DNA of 64,000 nt from Hormiphora californensis. Lineage: Eukaryota > Animalia > Ctenophora. The notes beneath the pieces were generated by a model. It was not told the DNA's origin, did no database searches, and worked only from the letters and a program-made list of their open reading frames with translations. The translations under genes were made by a program, and so were the position numbers. Positions 35,601-47,291 of this stretch are shown piece after piece. Location: contig CM035358.1 in NCBI GenBank assembly GCA_020137815.1, positions 496,001 through 560,000 of the forward strand, given 5' to 3'. Positions within the stretch are counted from its first letter, which is position 1. Each line of letters starts with the position of its first letter.

Positions 35601-38600
35601 TCTAACGCAGGAAAAATTTCAACAAAATATACATTTTCTACATGAAAATGAAGCTCAGACAAATGCCAACATGATGCAAAAAACGGGAAGTGTCTAACTT
35701 ATTTCGTTTAGAAGTTATAGCCAAAATAAAAGTGCTTATATTTGCCTTGAAAACACCCTCTAAACCCGTGTAATTTTTGACGTAGAATCCGAAAAACATA
35801 AAATTAAAATCCTGTCATGTGCCGTTTTTGCGTAAAACGGCAAAAACTGTCATTTTTAGCAGTTTTCGACTTTCTTTCGTATTAAAGTTCATGTGTTGCC
35901 ACGCTTGATATGAGTCTCATCTTCAATAGTTGATAGAAGTTTATGGACAACTGAGACAATTATTTTATTCCAGGAAATAAATCACACGACGGTTTCGTCG
36001 AACATCGACATCATCAGGCTCAAATTAATTTGTTTAAAGTAGTGTTGAAAAGTTTGAAACTTTCGTATTTTAGAGGTTCTAGGAAATTCCCCTTAAAAGA
36101 TACGGTCTTGAGAATTTATACCAATAAAATACAATCAATTTGCTACAAATTGGTGCTGGGTTTGTGTGATTTGGTCAAAAGCTCTTTTTACTGTGGCCCA
36201 TTAAAGATGGCCACTCTGCAAATACGTATTTGGCTCCTGTGGCCACAGTTGTGGACCAAAATAAAAAATAGTATACATCAAAATTTGCGTCTTTTCAAGG
36301 CGAACATCCTGGTTTTTACGAAATTTGATTTCATGCAGGCGTTCAAAAATTACAGCCGAAAAACTGATACAGTGGATTTCGGAAATACCCCTACTTCATC
36401 AAACTCTAACGCAGGAAAAATTTCAACAAAATATACATTTTCTACATGAAAATGAAGCTCAGACAAATGCCAACATGATGCAAAAAACGGGAAGTGTCTA
36501 ACTTATTTCGTTTAGAAGTTATAGCCAAAATAAAAGTGCTTATATTTGCCTTGAAAACACCCTCTAAAAGCCCTGAAAAACAGCAAATCTGTCTAAAAAT
36601 GCAATACGATTAAAATGTCACCTCCAGTGCACCAACTTAGCCCCCTGTGGACAAAATTTGTTTGAAATTGTCAGAAAATGTCTAAAAGTATGGTTTTTAG
36701 AGTGTATTTTCCAGGCAAATATAAGCACTTTTATTTTGGCTATAACTTCTAAACGAAATAAGTTAGACACTTCCCGTTTTTTGCATCATGTTGGCATTTG
36801 TCTGAGCTTCATTTTCATGTAGAAAATGTATATTTTGTTGAAATTTTTCCTGCGTTAGAGTTTGATGAAGTAGGGGTATTTCCGAAATCCACTGTATCAG
36901 TTTTTCGGCTGTAATTTTTGAACGCCTGCATGAAATCAAATTTCGTAAAAACCAGGATGTTCGCCTTGAAAAGACGCAAATTTTGATGTATACTATTTTT
37001 TATTTTGGTCCACAACTGTGGCCACAGGAGCCAAATACGTATTTGCAGAGTGGCCATCTTTAATGGGCCACAGTAAAGAGAGCTTTTGACCAAATCACAC
37101 AAACCCAGCACCAATTTGTAGCAAATTGATTGTATTTTATTGGTATAAATTCTAAAGACCGTATCTTTTAAGGGGAATTTCCTAGAACCTCTAAAATACG
37201 AAAGAAAGTCGAAAACTGCTAAAAATGACAGTTTTTGCCGTTTTACGCAAAAACGGCACATGACAGGATTTTAATTTTATGTTTTTCGGATTCTACGTCA
37301 AAAAATACACGGGGTAGGGTCCGTAACTTCTCGGGTCACTCTAGGCGAGGTAAAACCTCCTTCCAGGACACCGTGCCTTGTTTCACATTTCGGAGGGGTA
37401 TTCAGAATTCTCTAGAAACAACAGCAGTTACCTACCCTGGTTTCTTGGTATCTGTTTTAACATCAATAACATAGACCACATATTGTCTTATCCATTCTCC
37501 CTGTAAGTTCTGTGTTTGTTATTCCAACTGTCCAATTACTGAGATCTAGACTGGACGAGAGGTTGAAGTCTATAGCATCCATCTCTGAAACGGAGATAAC
37601 AGGCTTTAGCAATCTCTCTACAATCTCTGAAAGTTATCTCTCTCCAGTCTCCAGATTCCAGAAACAACAAAAAAGAGCGGCATCTCTACGCCGGCATATG
37701 TTAAAGGGATGGCTAGGGATCGCGATAGAAACACGCACAAACAGACGTACACACATACATGGGCTTACACACACTCACAGCACTCCCCAACCAACAAAGT
37801 GTAGTATTGCTGTTGTTAATATATGTAGAAAGTTACTATCTAATTGTAGAACTATGTGAAGAACTAGTCAACTGATAATCGGGTGATTAGATTGTGAACA
37901 AGAAAAGTGAGACATGTGTGTATCAGTAGGAGAATGCTGGTGAGGTATACAGGGTGTCTCAATGATTGGTAGTAACAGTTATCACTGACCAGCCCGTATA
38001 GCTCAGTACCCAGTAGAAGCTAGCACTGAACAGCTAGTGTATCTTTACAGCGGGCACACACATATGAAGTATATATTGCTAATAATGTACACTATAGTAG
38101 CTCATTTTATTACACAGAGGGGAGGGTGAAGATGAAATGGAGAGATTTAGAGTGGTAGAGTGAACAGTGCCATTACAATACGGTGTTGGTAGATAAGTAG
38201 ATATATAGATAAACACTGATACTGAACTCACAGGCCCAGTTTACAGACAATATATGTCTCTGAATCCCCCTCCTATTATAGACCCCCCACTTACCCTCAG
38301 ACTCTGCAGCTAGAAGTGTTGTAGCAGTAGCTGCACTGTTATGTGCTGCACTAGATATCTGAGCTGTGCCCTCATCCAACATCTCCATCATAGGATCCAT
38401 GGTGTTGTGGGAAAGCTTATCTTTAATGGAGGTGAACATAGCCCCGAACCCGCCCACACTCTGCTTCCTCATCTGGAGGGTGGGGAGAAGGGGTCAGGGG
38501 CCGAGGGGGAGAGGGAGGGGGGCTAGCAGGAACTAGGGGATATGTTATAGCAAACCAAATATAGCAAACAACACAACGCCTAGTGCTTCAAATTCAACAA

Positions 38601-41600
38601 AATTAAAGAAAAATAGAACAAGATAGAAAAGTATAACAAAGGCGTTACGCCAAAAAGATTAGATAGAGACTGAGAGAAAGATTAAAGAACAAATAAAACC
38701 CCCAACAGAAGCTTTGTTACAAACTGGTAATCAGGGTGTGAACTGCATGTCGTGTTTGCTAGTCGCGAGCGCGCTTGCGAGACAAGCAAACACGTCAAGG
38801 TTCATTAACAAGCATGCTGCTCAGTCATTTTAGATTTAATACACAATGTAAGGATACCATGTAATAGGTGAGACTCTTGCCGTCACCCTCGTTCAAGTCC
38901 CGTGAAAAACGGAGCAGTACACGCAAACTGATGCCCATTTTCCTCGCGTGACCCCGATTCAGCAGTTTGAGACACCAACTCTTTAGGGGGCCATATCTCA
39001 GGAACCAGACAAGATAGGAAAAATCGCCGTCTAACGAGGCGTACAGTTTTTAATCTAGTTTACCACTGTACCGGCCGTTTCACTCTCCGACCTAAAACAA
39101 AAATCGCAACCCCACAAAACTTCAAAATAATGAAATTCGCATCTCGCATGTCGTGTTGCATGTCGTGTCATGTTATTGACGCGCTCGCGTTCAACTCTCA
39201 CACAGCAGCTGCAGAACATGGCGGGAAACATCGAGGAGTAGAGAGAGGGTCGGTGCCGAATCAAATATTTCTTGATCTTGATCTACTCCATCTCTCAGCT
39301 ATCCTACCCCTCATCAACTCGATCTCTCAGCTACCCTACCCCTCATCTACTCCATCTTTCAGCTACCCTACCCCTCATCTACTCCATCTTTCAGCTACCC
39401 TACCCCTTATCTAGTCCATCTCTCAGCTACCCTACTCCTCATCTACTCCATCTCTCAGCTTCCCTATTAGGGAAGCATAGAGATGGAAACGATTAGGGGT
39501 AGGGAATCCCTATCCATAATCGTTTCCATCTCTATGCTTCCCTAGCCCTCATCAACTCCATCTTTCAGCTACCCTACCCCTAATCTATTCCATCTCTCCG
39601 CTACCCTACTCCTCATCTACTCCATCTCTCAGCTACCCTACCTCCCATTTACTCCATCTCTCAGCTTCCCTACCTCCCATTTACTCCATCTCTCAGCTTA
39701 CCTACCTCCCATTTACTCCATATCTCAGCTTCCCTACCTGCCATTTACTCCATCTCTCAGATACCCTACCTCCCATTTACTCCATCTCTCAGCTTACCTA
39801 CCTCCCATTTACTCCATCTCTCAGCTTCCCTACCTCCCATTCACTCCATCTCTCAGCTTCCCTACCTCCCATTTACTCCATCTCTCAGCTACCCTACCTC
39901 CCATTCACTCCATCTCTCAGCTTACCTACCTCCCATTTACTCCATCTCTCAGCTTCCCTACCTCCCATTCACTCCATCTCTCAGCTTCCCTACCTCCCAT
40001 TTACTCCATCCCTCAGCTTCCCTACCTCCCATTTACTCCATCTCTCAGCTACCTTACCTCCCATTTACTCCATCTCTCAGCTTACCTACCTCCCATTTAC
40101 TCCATCTCTCAGCTTCCCTACCTCCCATTTACTCCATCCCTCAGCTTCCCTACCTGCCATTTACTCCATCTCTCAGCTACCCTACCACCCATTTACTCCA
40201 TCTCTCAGCTTCCCTACCTGCCATTTACTCCATCTCTCAGCTTCCCTACCTCCCATTTACTCCATCTCTCAGCTACCCTACCTCCCATTTACTTCATCTC
40301 TCAGCTAAATGGGAGGTAGGGAAGCTGAGAGATGGAGTAAATGGGAGGTAGGGAAGGTAAGCGATGGAGTAAATGGGAGGTAGGGAAGCTGGGAGATGGA
40401 GTAAATGGGAGGTAGGGTAGCTGAGAGATGGAGTGAATGGGAGGTAGGGTAGCTGAGAGATGGAGTAAATGGGAGGTAGGGAAGCTGAGAGATGGAGTAA
40501 ATGGGAGGTAGGTAAGCTGAGAGATGGAGTAAATGGGAGGTAGGTAAGCTGAGAGATGGAGTAAATGGGAGGTAGGTTATCTGAGAGATGGAGTAAATGG
40601 CAGGTAGGGAAGCTGAGATATGGAGTAAATGGGAGGTAGGTAAGCTGAGAGATGGAGTAAATGGGAGGTAGGGTATCTGAGAGATGGAGTAAATGGCAGG
40701 TAGGGAAGCTGAGATATGGAGTAAATGGGAGGTAGGTAAGCTGAGAGATGGAGTAAATGGGAGGTAGGGAAGCTGAGAGATGAAGTAAATGGGAGGTAGG
40801 GTAGCTGAGAGATGGAGTAAATGGGAGGTAGGTAAGCTGAGAGATGGAGTAAATGGGAGGTAGGTAAGCTGAGAGATGGAGTAAATGGGAGGTAGGGTAT
40901 CTGAGAGATGGAGTAAATGGCAGGTAGGGAAGCTGAGATATGGAGTAAATGGGAGGTAGGTAAGCTGAGAGATGGAGTAAATGGGAGGTAGGGTAGCTGA
41001 GAGATGGAGTAGATGAGGAGTAGGGTAGCGGAGAGATGGACTAGATTAGGGGTAGGGTAGCTGAAAGATGGAGTTGATGAGGGCTAGGGAAGCATAGAGA
41101 TGGAAACGATTATGGATAGGGATTCCCTACCCCTAATCGTTTCCATCTCTATGCTTCCCTAATAGGGAAGCTGAGAGATGGAGTAGATGAGGAGTAGGGT
41201 AGCTGAGAGATGGACCAGATAAGGGGTAGGGTAGCTGAAAGATAGAGTAGATGAGGGGTAGGGTAGCTGAAAGATGGAGTTGATGAGGGCTAGGGAAGCA
41301 TAGAGATGGAAACGATTATGGATAGGGATTCCCTACCCCTAATCGTTTCCATCTCTATGCTTCCCTAATAGGGAAGCTGAGAGATGGAGTAGATGAGGAG
41401 TAGGGTAGCTGAGAGATGGACTAGATAAGGGGTAGGGTAGCTGAAAGATAGAGTAGATGAGGGGTAGGGTAGCTGAAAGATGGAGTAGATGAGGGGTAGC
41501 CTAAGGGTAGCTGAGAGATCGAGTAGCCTAAGGGTAGCTGAGAGATCGAGTTGATGAGGGGTAGGATAGCTGAGAGATGGAGTAGATCAAGATCAAGAAA

Positions 41601-44327
41601 TATTTGATTCGGCACCGACCCTCTCTCTACTCCTCGATATTTCCCGCCATGTTCTGCAGCTGCTGTGTGAGAGTTGAACGCGAGCGCGTCAATAACATGA
41701 CATGACATGCAACACGACATGCGAGATGCGAATTTCATTATTTTGAAGTTTTGTGGGGTTGCGATTTTTGTTTTAGGTCGGAGAGTGAAACGGCCGGTAC
41801 AGTGGTAAACTAGATTAAAAACTGTACGCCTCGTTAGACGGCGATTTTTCCTATCTTGTCTGGTTCCTGAGATATGGCCCCCTAAAGAGTTGGTGTCTCA
41901 AACTGCTGAATCGGGGTCACGCGAGGAAAATGGGCATCAGTTTGCGTGTACTGCTCCGTTTTTCACGGGACTTGAACGAGGGTGACGGCAAGAGTCTCAC
42001 CTATTACATGGTATCCTTACATTGTGTATTAAATCTAAAATGACTGAGCAGCATGCTTGTTAATGAACCTTGACGTGTTTGCTTGTCTCGCAAGCGCGCT
42101 CGCGACTAGCAAACACGACATGCAGTTCACACCCTGGTAATAGCAAACACGCGGCATTTAACTTACAAGTGAGGTCCAACTTTCACTTCTCTCTAATGTA
42201 GCCTGAGTATTTGTTAGCAGGGTGGGGTAGAATACAGGGCAAGATTCGGTAACTTAGTCCCCCTAGTCAAGACAAGTTAACCCAGTAGCTTTCAAGGGGT
42301 AACTAAGTTACTGGAGTGGCAGATTGATTACCTTGCTCCATGATGATAGTTTAGGGGAGGGTACGGCCCTATCTCCAAGAAGTAGCAGGAAGAATTGGTC
42401 GCTCTGATAGTATCCCACACAATAGTGACTCCTTAGATACTCTGTCAGATACCCGTACACTCTGGCAGAGGGTGGGCGGGAATTATTGAAACATCAAATG
42501 AGCAAGGATGCAGACATGTTTGTCATCAAGTGGTAATAGACAAATCATCTCATCTTACTTAATTCTACAATTACCAACCTTTCTAAGATGGGTTTGAAGG
42601 GGTTTGCTCCAGGGTGATAATTCACCATCAGACTTCTCTTCAAATCTGTACAAATATGCTCTGGGAAATCAATCCTATCACTTGCATCACTCGCAAAGTA
42701 TTGATCATAGAACCGTCTAATATCGGTCTTGTAGCCGCTGAACCTGATCTCTCCCTCGCTGTGTAAACTATTGTCAAAACTCTGCATCTTGTCTTTCGCT
42801 GTTAAACAGCACTGAAGTAGGTTTATCGCACCCTGGGAAGATTGGGATGATAAAACATGTAGGTACTGTTTTCATACTTCCCCAAGAATTGTCCAAAACC
42901 CGGCCCACTGTTAGTCACTACATAGACAGGGCTGTCTAATTACCTGCTTACGAAGATACTGCATGAAGGAGTAGAGGTTGGTTGGGTTGAACAATAGATC
43001 CTCTAGAGAATAGTAGGTAGAAGTTGGGGCAGTACTTCCACTTACAAACTTAGATAATAGTTCAACACGAGGAGAGGGGGGCTGTTTGTGCTCCTAAAAA
43101 CAAAGAAGTTTGGATACAAAGATCATATTCTTCTGAAATAAAACTTGTTGTACATTTGGAATCTATACACTTCGTACCTTCATACTCTCAGGATCCATTA
43201 ACATCCTTATCATCAGGTTAATGAAATCAGGGTGTGCAACTAATTCTACTCCCCTTTTTACAACCACAATGGAAAGGAGTTCCCGTGCAAAAGCACTAGC
43301 GAGTGGGGAGGTGAGTTTGTTTTCAGGGACTATGTAAGGTAGGAGTAGTTCTACCAGTGACCTCAGATACCTAGGGGGAAGTCGGGAAGAGAGTTACTAG
43401 AGATACTACGAGATCAATAGTTAGAACACAATGTGAGTTTCTGAAAGGATGGAGACAGGGCTCTGAAGACTGAAGAGCTAAACATGTTTTAGTAACACCG
43501 GGGTATTGATTGAGCAACCTACCTTTGTTCATTTTCATCGCTGGTAAGAGCAATATGCATATCCTCCCCGTACTCGTAGAGTGTTAGGTCTGCCAACTGA
43601 TCCCTGTCAGTCACATCAGGGTAGCGTTGTTTAGTTCTCACATGACGCTCCAAGTGAATCACACCGAGGGGGATCAGTTTCTCAGTAACTATCTGACCTG
43701 GAAACAATGAATTCTTGGGAAGAGCTGATCTGAGCGAAAAGAATTGTACATTGTGTTATGAAGGTAAAATATCTCAAGATTCTCCCTCAACATACCTATA
43801 TCAAGGTCCATAGCAATTCGAATGATGGATGCCACAACGAATCTAATCAAACACCTCAAATCATGTAGAAAGTCCTCGTTCTTGCTGATAGGATGATACC
43901 AAAAGTAGACGAAGTGAACCAAAATAAGTTGACAGAACTCCTCCAACCTTTCATCAACTTTTTCTGGCAACTTGATGCCCTTCCATATCTCATCACTCTT
44001 AACCCGCACCTCGTGCCGCTTACAGTTCTGCTTTTCACAGACTGGGCACTGGACGTATTTCACAAGAGGCACAGGCTCAATGGCATATGGTTTGTATTTG
44101 AGCTTGAGGAGGAATCCGAATATCCACAAACTTGGCGGAGTCACATATCTCTGGAGGACGAAAACTCCAACTGCCATTCCGCCCGAGAAGAGCCAAAGGT
44201 AGAAAACAAATACTGGATACTGGACAGTCACTACAAAAACCACAGCAATCAGTGTTGCCAAGGTGATGGTGACATTTCTTGTTTCCTCGTAGGACCTGCC
44301 AACGCTTGCTAAAGCGTTGATTATCAT
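32601..44327 (-). CDS. SNX14: Sorting nexin 14-like (PXA-RGS-PX-PXC), multi-exon
   Basis: Two N-terminal TMs with CPVCEKQNCKRH; PXA (FVYFWYHPIS, EDFLHDLR); RGS-like exon 42833-42578; PX (VKRRFSEFVMLQKRLRKFHG); PXC end QNQRLNKQLIYTLLD; TAA at 32601-32603. Not every internal exon boundary was fixed. Confidence 0.9.
33095..33265. mobile_element. Short MITE of the same pogo-like family as 7577-9421
   Basis: CAGTCGGACCCCGATTTAGGG ... CCCTAAATCGGGGTCCGATTG|TA with internal TAAATCGGGG repeats. Confidence 0.8.
34516..34597 (-). tRNA. tRNA-Ser(GCT), inside an SNX14 intron
   Basis: GACGAGGTGGCCGAGTGGTTAAGGCGATGGACTGCTAATCCATTGGGATTTTCCCGCGTGGGTTCGAATCCCATCCTCGTCG: 82 nt, long variable arm, A/B boxes, downstream T runs. 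Confidence 0.97.
35085..37375. mobile_element. Non-autonomous Chapaev-type (CMC) foldback transposon with an internal tandem duplication of the left arm
   Basis: CACGG...CCGTG termini, 4-bp TSD CCTT (35081-35084, 37376-37379), ~670-bp inverted arms; arm sequence repeated at 35765-35883 plus 36060-36566. Confidence 0.85.
35884..36059 (-). mobile_element. Penelope-like pseudo-LTR fragment carrying a degenerate minimal hammerhead ribozyme
   Basis: Insert flanked by direct repeat CTTTCGTATT (35874-35883, 36060-36069); minus strand reads CTGATGA-T-GTCGA-TGT-TCGAC-GAAAC-C-GTC followed by AATAAA. Confidence 0.6.
38732..42136. mobile_element. 3.4-kb spacerless foldback element with 32-bp satellite inner arms, in an SNX14 intron
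   Basis: CAGGGTGTGAACTGCATG...CATGCAGTTCACACCCTG termini, GTAAT duplicated on both flanks, ~560-bp near-identical outer arms, 32-bp unit CTCCATCTCTCAGCTTCCCTACCTCCCATTTA flipping orientation at ~40305. Confidence 0.9.
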
Positions 44328-44734
44328 TTCCCCATAGAATCCTTTTGAGCTATAAAATAGGGTAACATGAAACGTAATAAACCATGGAATTTGCTGTAAA
44401 ACTAAAACCGTCAGGCGTCAAAGTTCAAACCAAGGGCCGTTGGCACTTGGCGGAGTGCGTTGGCTCAAAACATAGGACTTTCATAGAAAATTCAAACTTT
44501 TAGGATGGACTAGTGACCAATTCGTCGTGCCTAAGTATTTATACATAACTAGAGTACCCGTTTGCTGGGAACCCGTGACCTGGTAAATGGTAATTGGTAA
44601 ATCATTTACTGTAACGCGCGAATTTTTCCAAAAAAGCGCTGCTTTTTTACGCCGCGCGCGGAACCTAGAATTACGCGCGCAGTGTAAAATTTTAAAATTC
44701 ATTGAAAATTTCCTCGCGTTTTATGTCGCCAAAA

Positions 44735-45532
44735 AAAGTGGGCGCCGTTACGATCTGGGTGTTTGGTGGCCTGTTTACAGGTGCGCGCTGCCAAAAAAGT
44801 TGATTCACTAAAACGGCTCTAACCGCCGAACCACTCAACCGTTTTGGCTAATTCAAAGTTTATCTGGTAGGGAATGTCAAGGCCTAACCCCAACCCAAAC
44901 CCCAACCCTAACCCTAACCCTACTTTAGCCCTAACCCTAAAAAACCGTTTGTCAGCACTCACGAAACACCCAGATTTTAACGCTGGCCAAAAAAAGTCGA
45001 CGAAAAATTCCAAATTCGTGAATTTAGAATTATAAGAACTCCGGTCAGTTCTCATCTTGCCAACCCGTTTTCCGGGAACCCCTGGCCAAAGGACATTAAA
45101 ATTCACATACTGACCAAGTTTCATATCGATTGGATAAGATTTTGGGTGGCTACGGTGAAAAATATCGCATTTTTGGCATTTTTAACTTTCCCGACGCGAT
45201 TTACGACCCTTAAACATTGAGTTACGGGAAATCGCTATCAGGTAAAATGAAGTTCAAACGATTCTCTTTCCCCACTATTGCGTTAGTTTTTTGATTTAGA
45301 GCCGTTTTCAGGGTCTTAGAAGCGTTTGAAAAATGTAAGTCTTTTTGTCGCAATGACGTCACCCCGTGACGTCACTGTTGTAAAGATCGGATCAAAAATC
45401 TGAGCCCGTACTTACACCCGCCTTGGTCCAAAGTACCAGTGTACAAATTTTCAGGGGTCTAGCTCAAAAACTGTAGGAGGAGTAGGGAGAAAACAATTAT
45501 CGGACTAACATTATGGAATTTATTATATGGAT
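44735..45532. mobile_element. Dispersed repeat with internal (CCCTAA)-like tract, possibly Helentron-associated (DINE/HINE-like)
   Basis: Near-identical segments at 60793-61010 and 61461-61645; 3' part AAATTTTCAGGGGTCTAGC...TTTTATTATATGGAT resembles HINE ends (classification is inference). Confidence 0.55.
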
Positions 45533-46141
45533 TTAGTGTACTGGGAGGGGCACTGGGACCTGGGAAAGGAGCTTTGAAACAAAAGAGGCTTCGAAAAAAA
45601 AACAAGTTGAAAAAGTGTTTTTTTTCAAAGTTCTAAAAAATGAACGCGCGCGAATTAAAGAGTCGCCAACTGCAAATGCGCGGCTCAATATTTTTACTCC
45701 GCAAACAATTTGAGAGATGGTTTTATCTCCTCCGAACCAGGTAAGCCACAGCCAGATCTATAATCTCGGTCGTAGTTGGTTTGAATTTTTAGCTGTTCTC
45801 CCTCTTAAGACTTACCACTTATTTACTTACTACTTAATTACTGTTGGTGGCCTTATACCTCTGACCTGTTAGTATTTGAAGCCACTGTCTGCGGTCTGGC
45901 AGCATTATTTACTCCTGTCTCCATGAAATCCCAGTCACAGTTAACCGTAACAGTACCACTATACCAAAAGCCTTCTATTAAAATCGTGCCAGCTGCTTCC
46001 TAGTAAGCTGTATATCATAGCTTAAATTGCATGCCTATCATACTGTCCCAGTGTAGTTCCGACTTCCGACGTTCGGAGCCTCGGTGGTCATGACGGAGAT
46101 ACTATTGTCTATTATTGTCTATATATTATTATATATTATTA

Positions 46142-46945
<804 letters not shown>

Positions 46946-47092
46946 CTCTATAATGCTATCTGCTATGTAATGTGATCCCTCTCTTTTCTCTCCCTTTCTC
47001 TCCCTTTTATGTATGTGATGTGACCCCTCAAGTTCGCAAGCAGATCTCTAGCACTTGTGATACGTGATACCTACGGATCACGTCGTCACACT

Positions 47093-47158
47093 GACGGATC
47101 ACGTCGTCACACTGACGGATCACGTCGTCACATTGACGATAGGGTGTCACATTTCCGT
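47093..47158. repeat. 21-bp tandem repeat ACGGATCACGTCGTCACACTG x3
   Basis: Direct reading. Confidence 0.85.
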
Positions 47159-47291
47159 GCAAATTTGCATTAGATATAGTTAGATTATAGAAATCAGTAG
47201 TTAAATGAACAGTTTTATAGCAATGTAAACACTCATCAAGCCACCAAAGACATCTTGGCGACGATTGAAAGTTGACAAGTATCAAGTGAGA

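Noticed and set aside
35199-37261. Three near-identical 139-148 aa ORFs
   Set aside because: They are simply the repeated arms of the Chapaev-type element; no transposase motifs
39600-41000. Regular 32-bp repeats (also the 36- and 43-bp arrays) as possible CRISPR arrays
   Set aside because: Head-to-tail repeats without unique spacers, eukaryotic context, no cas genes
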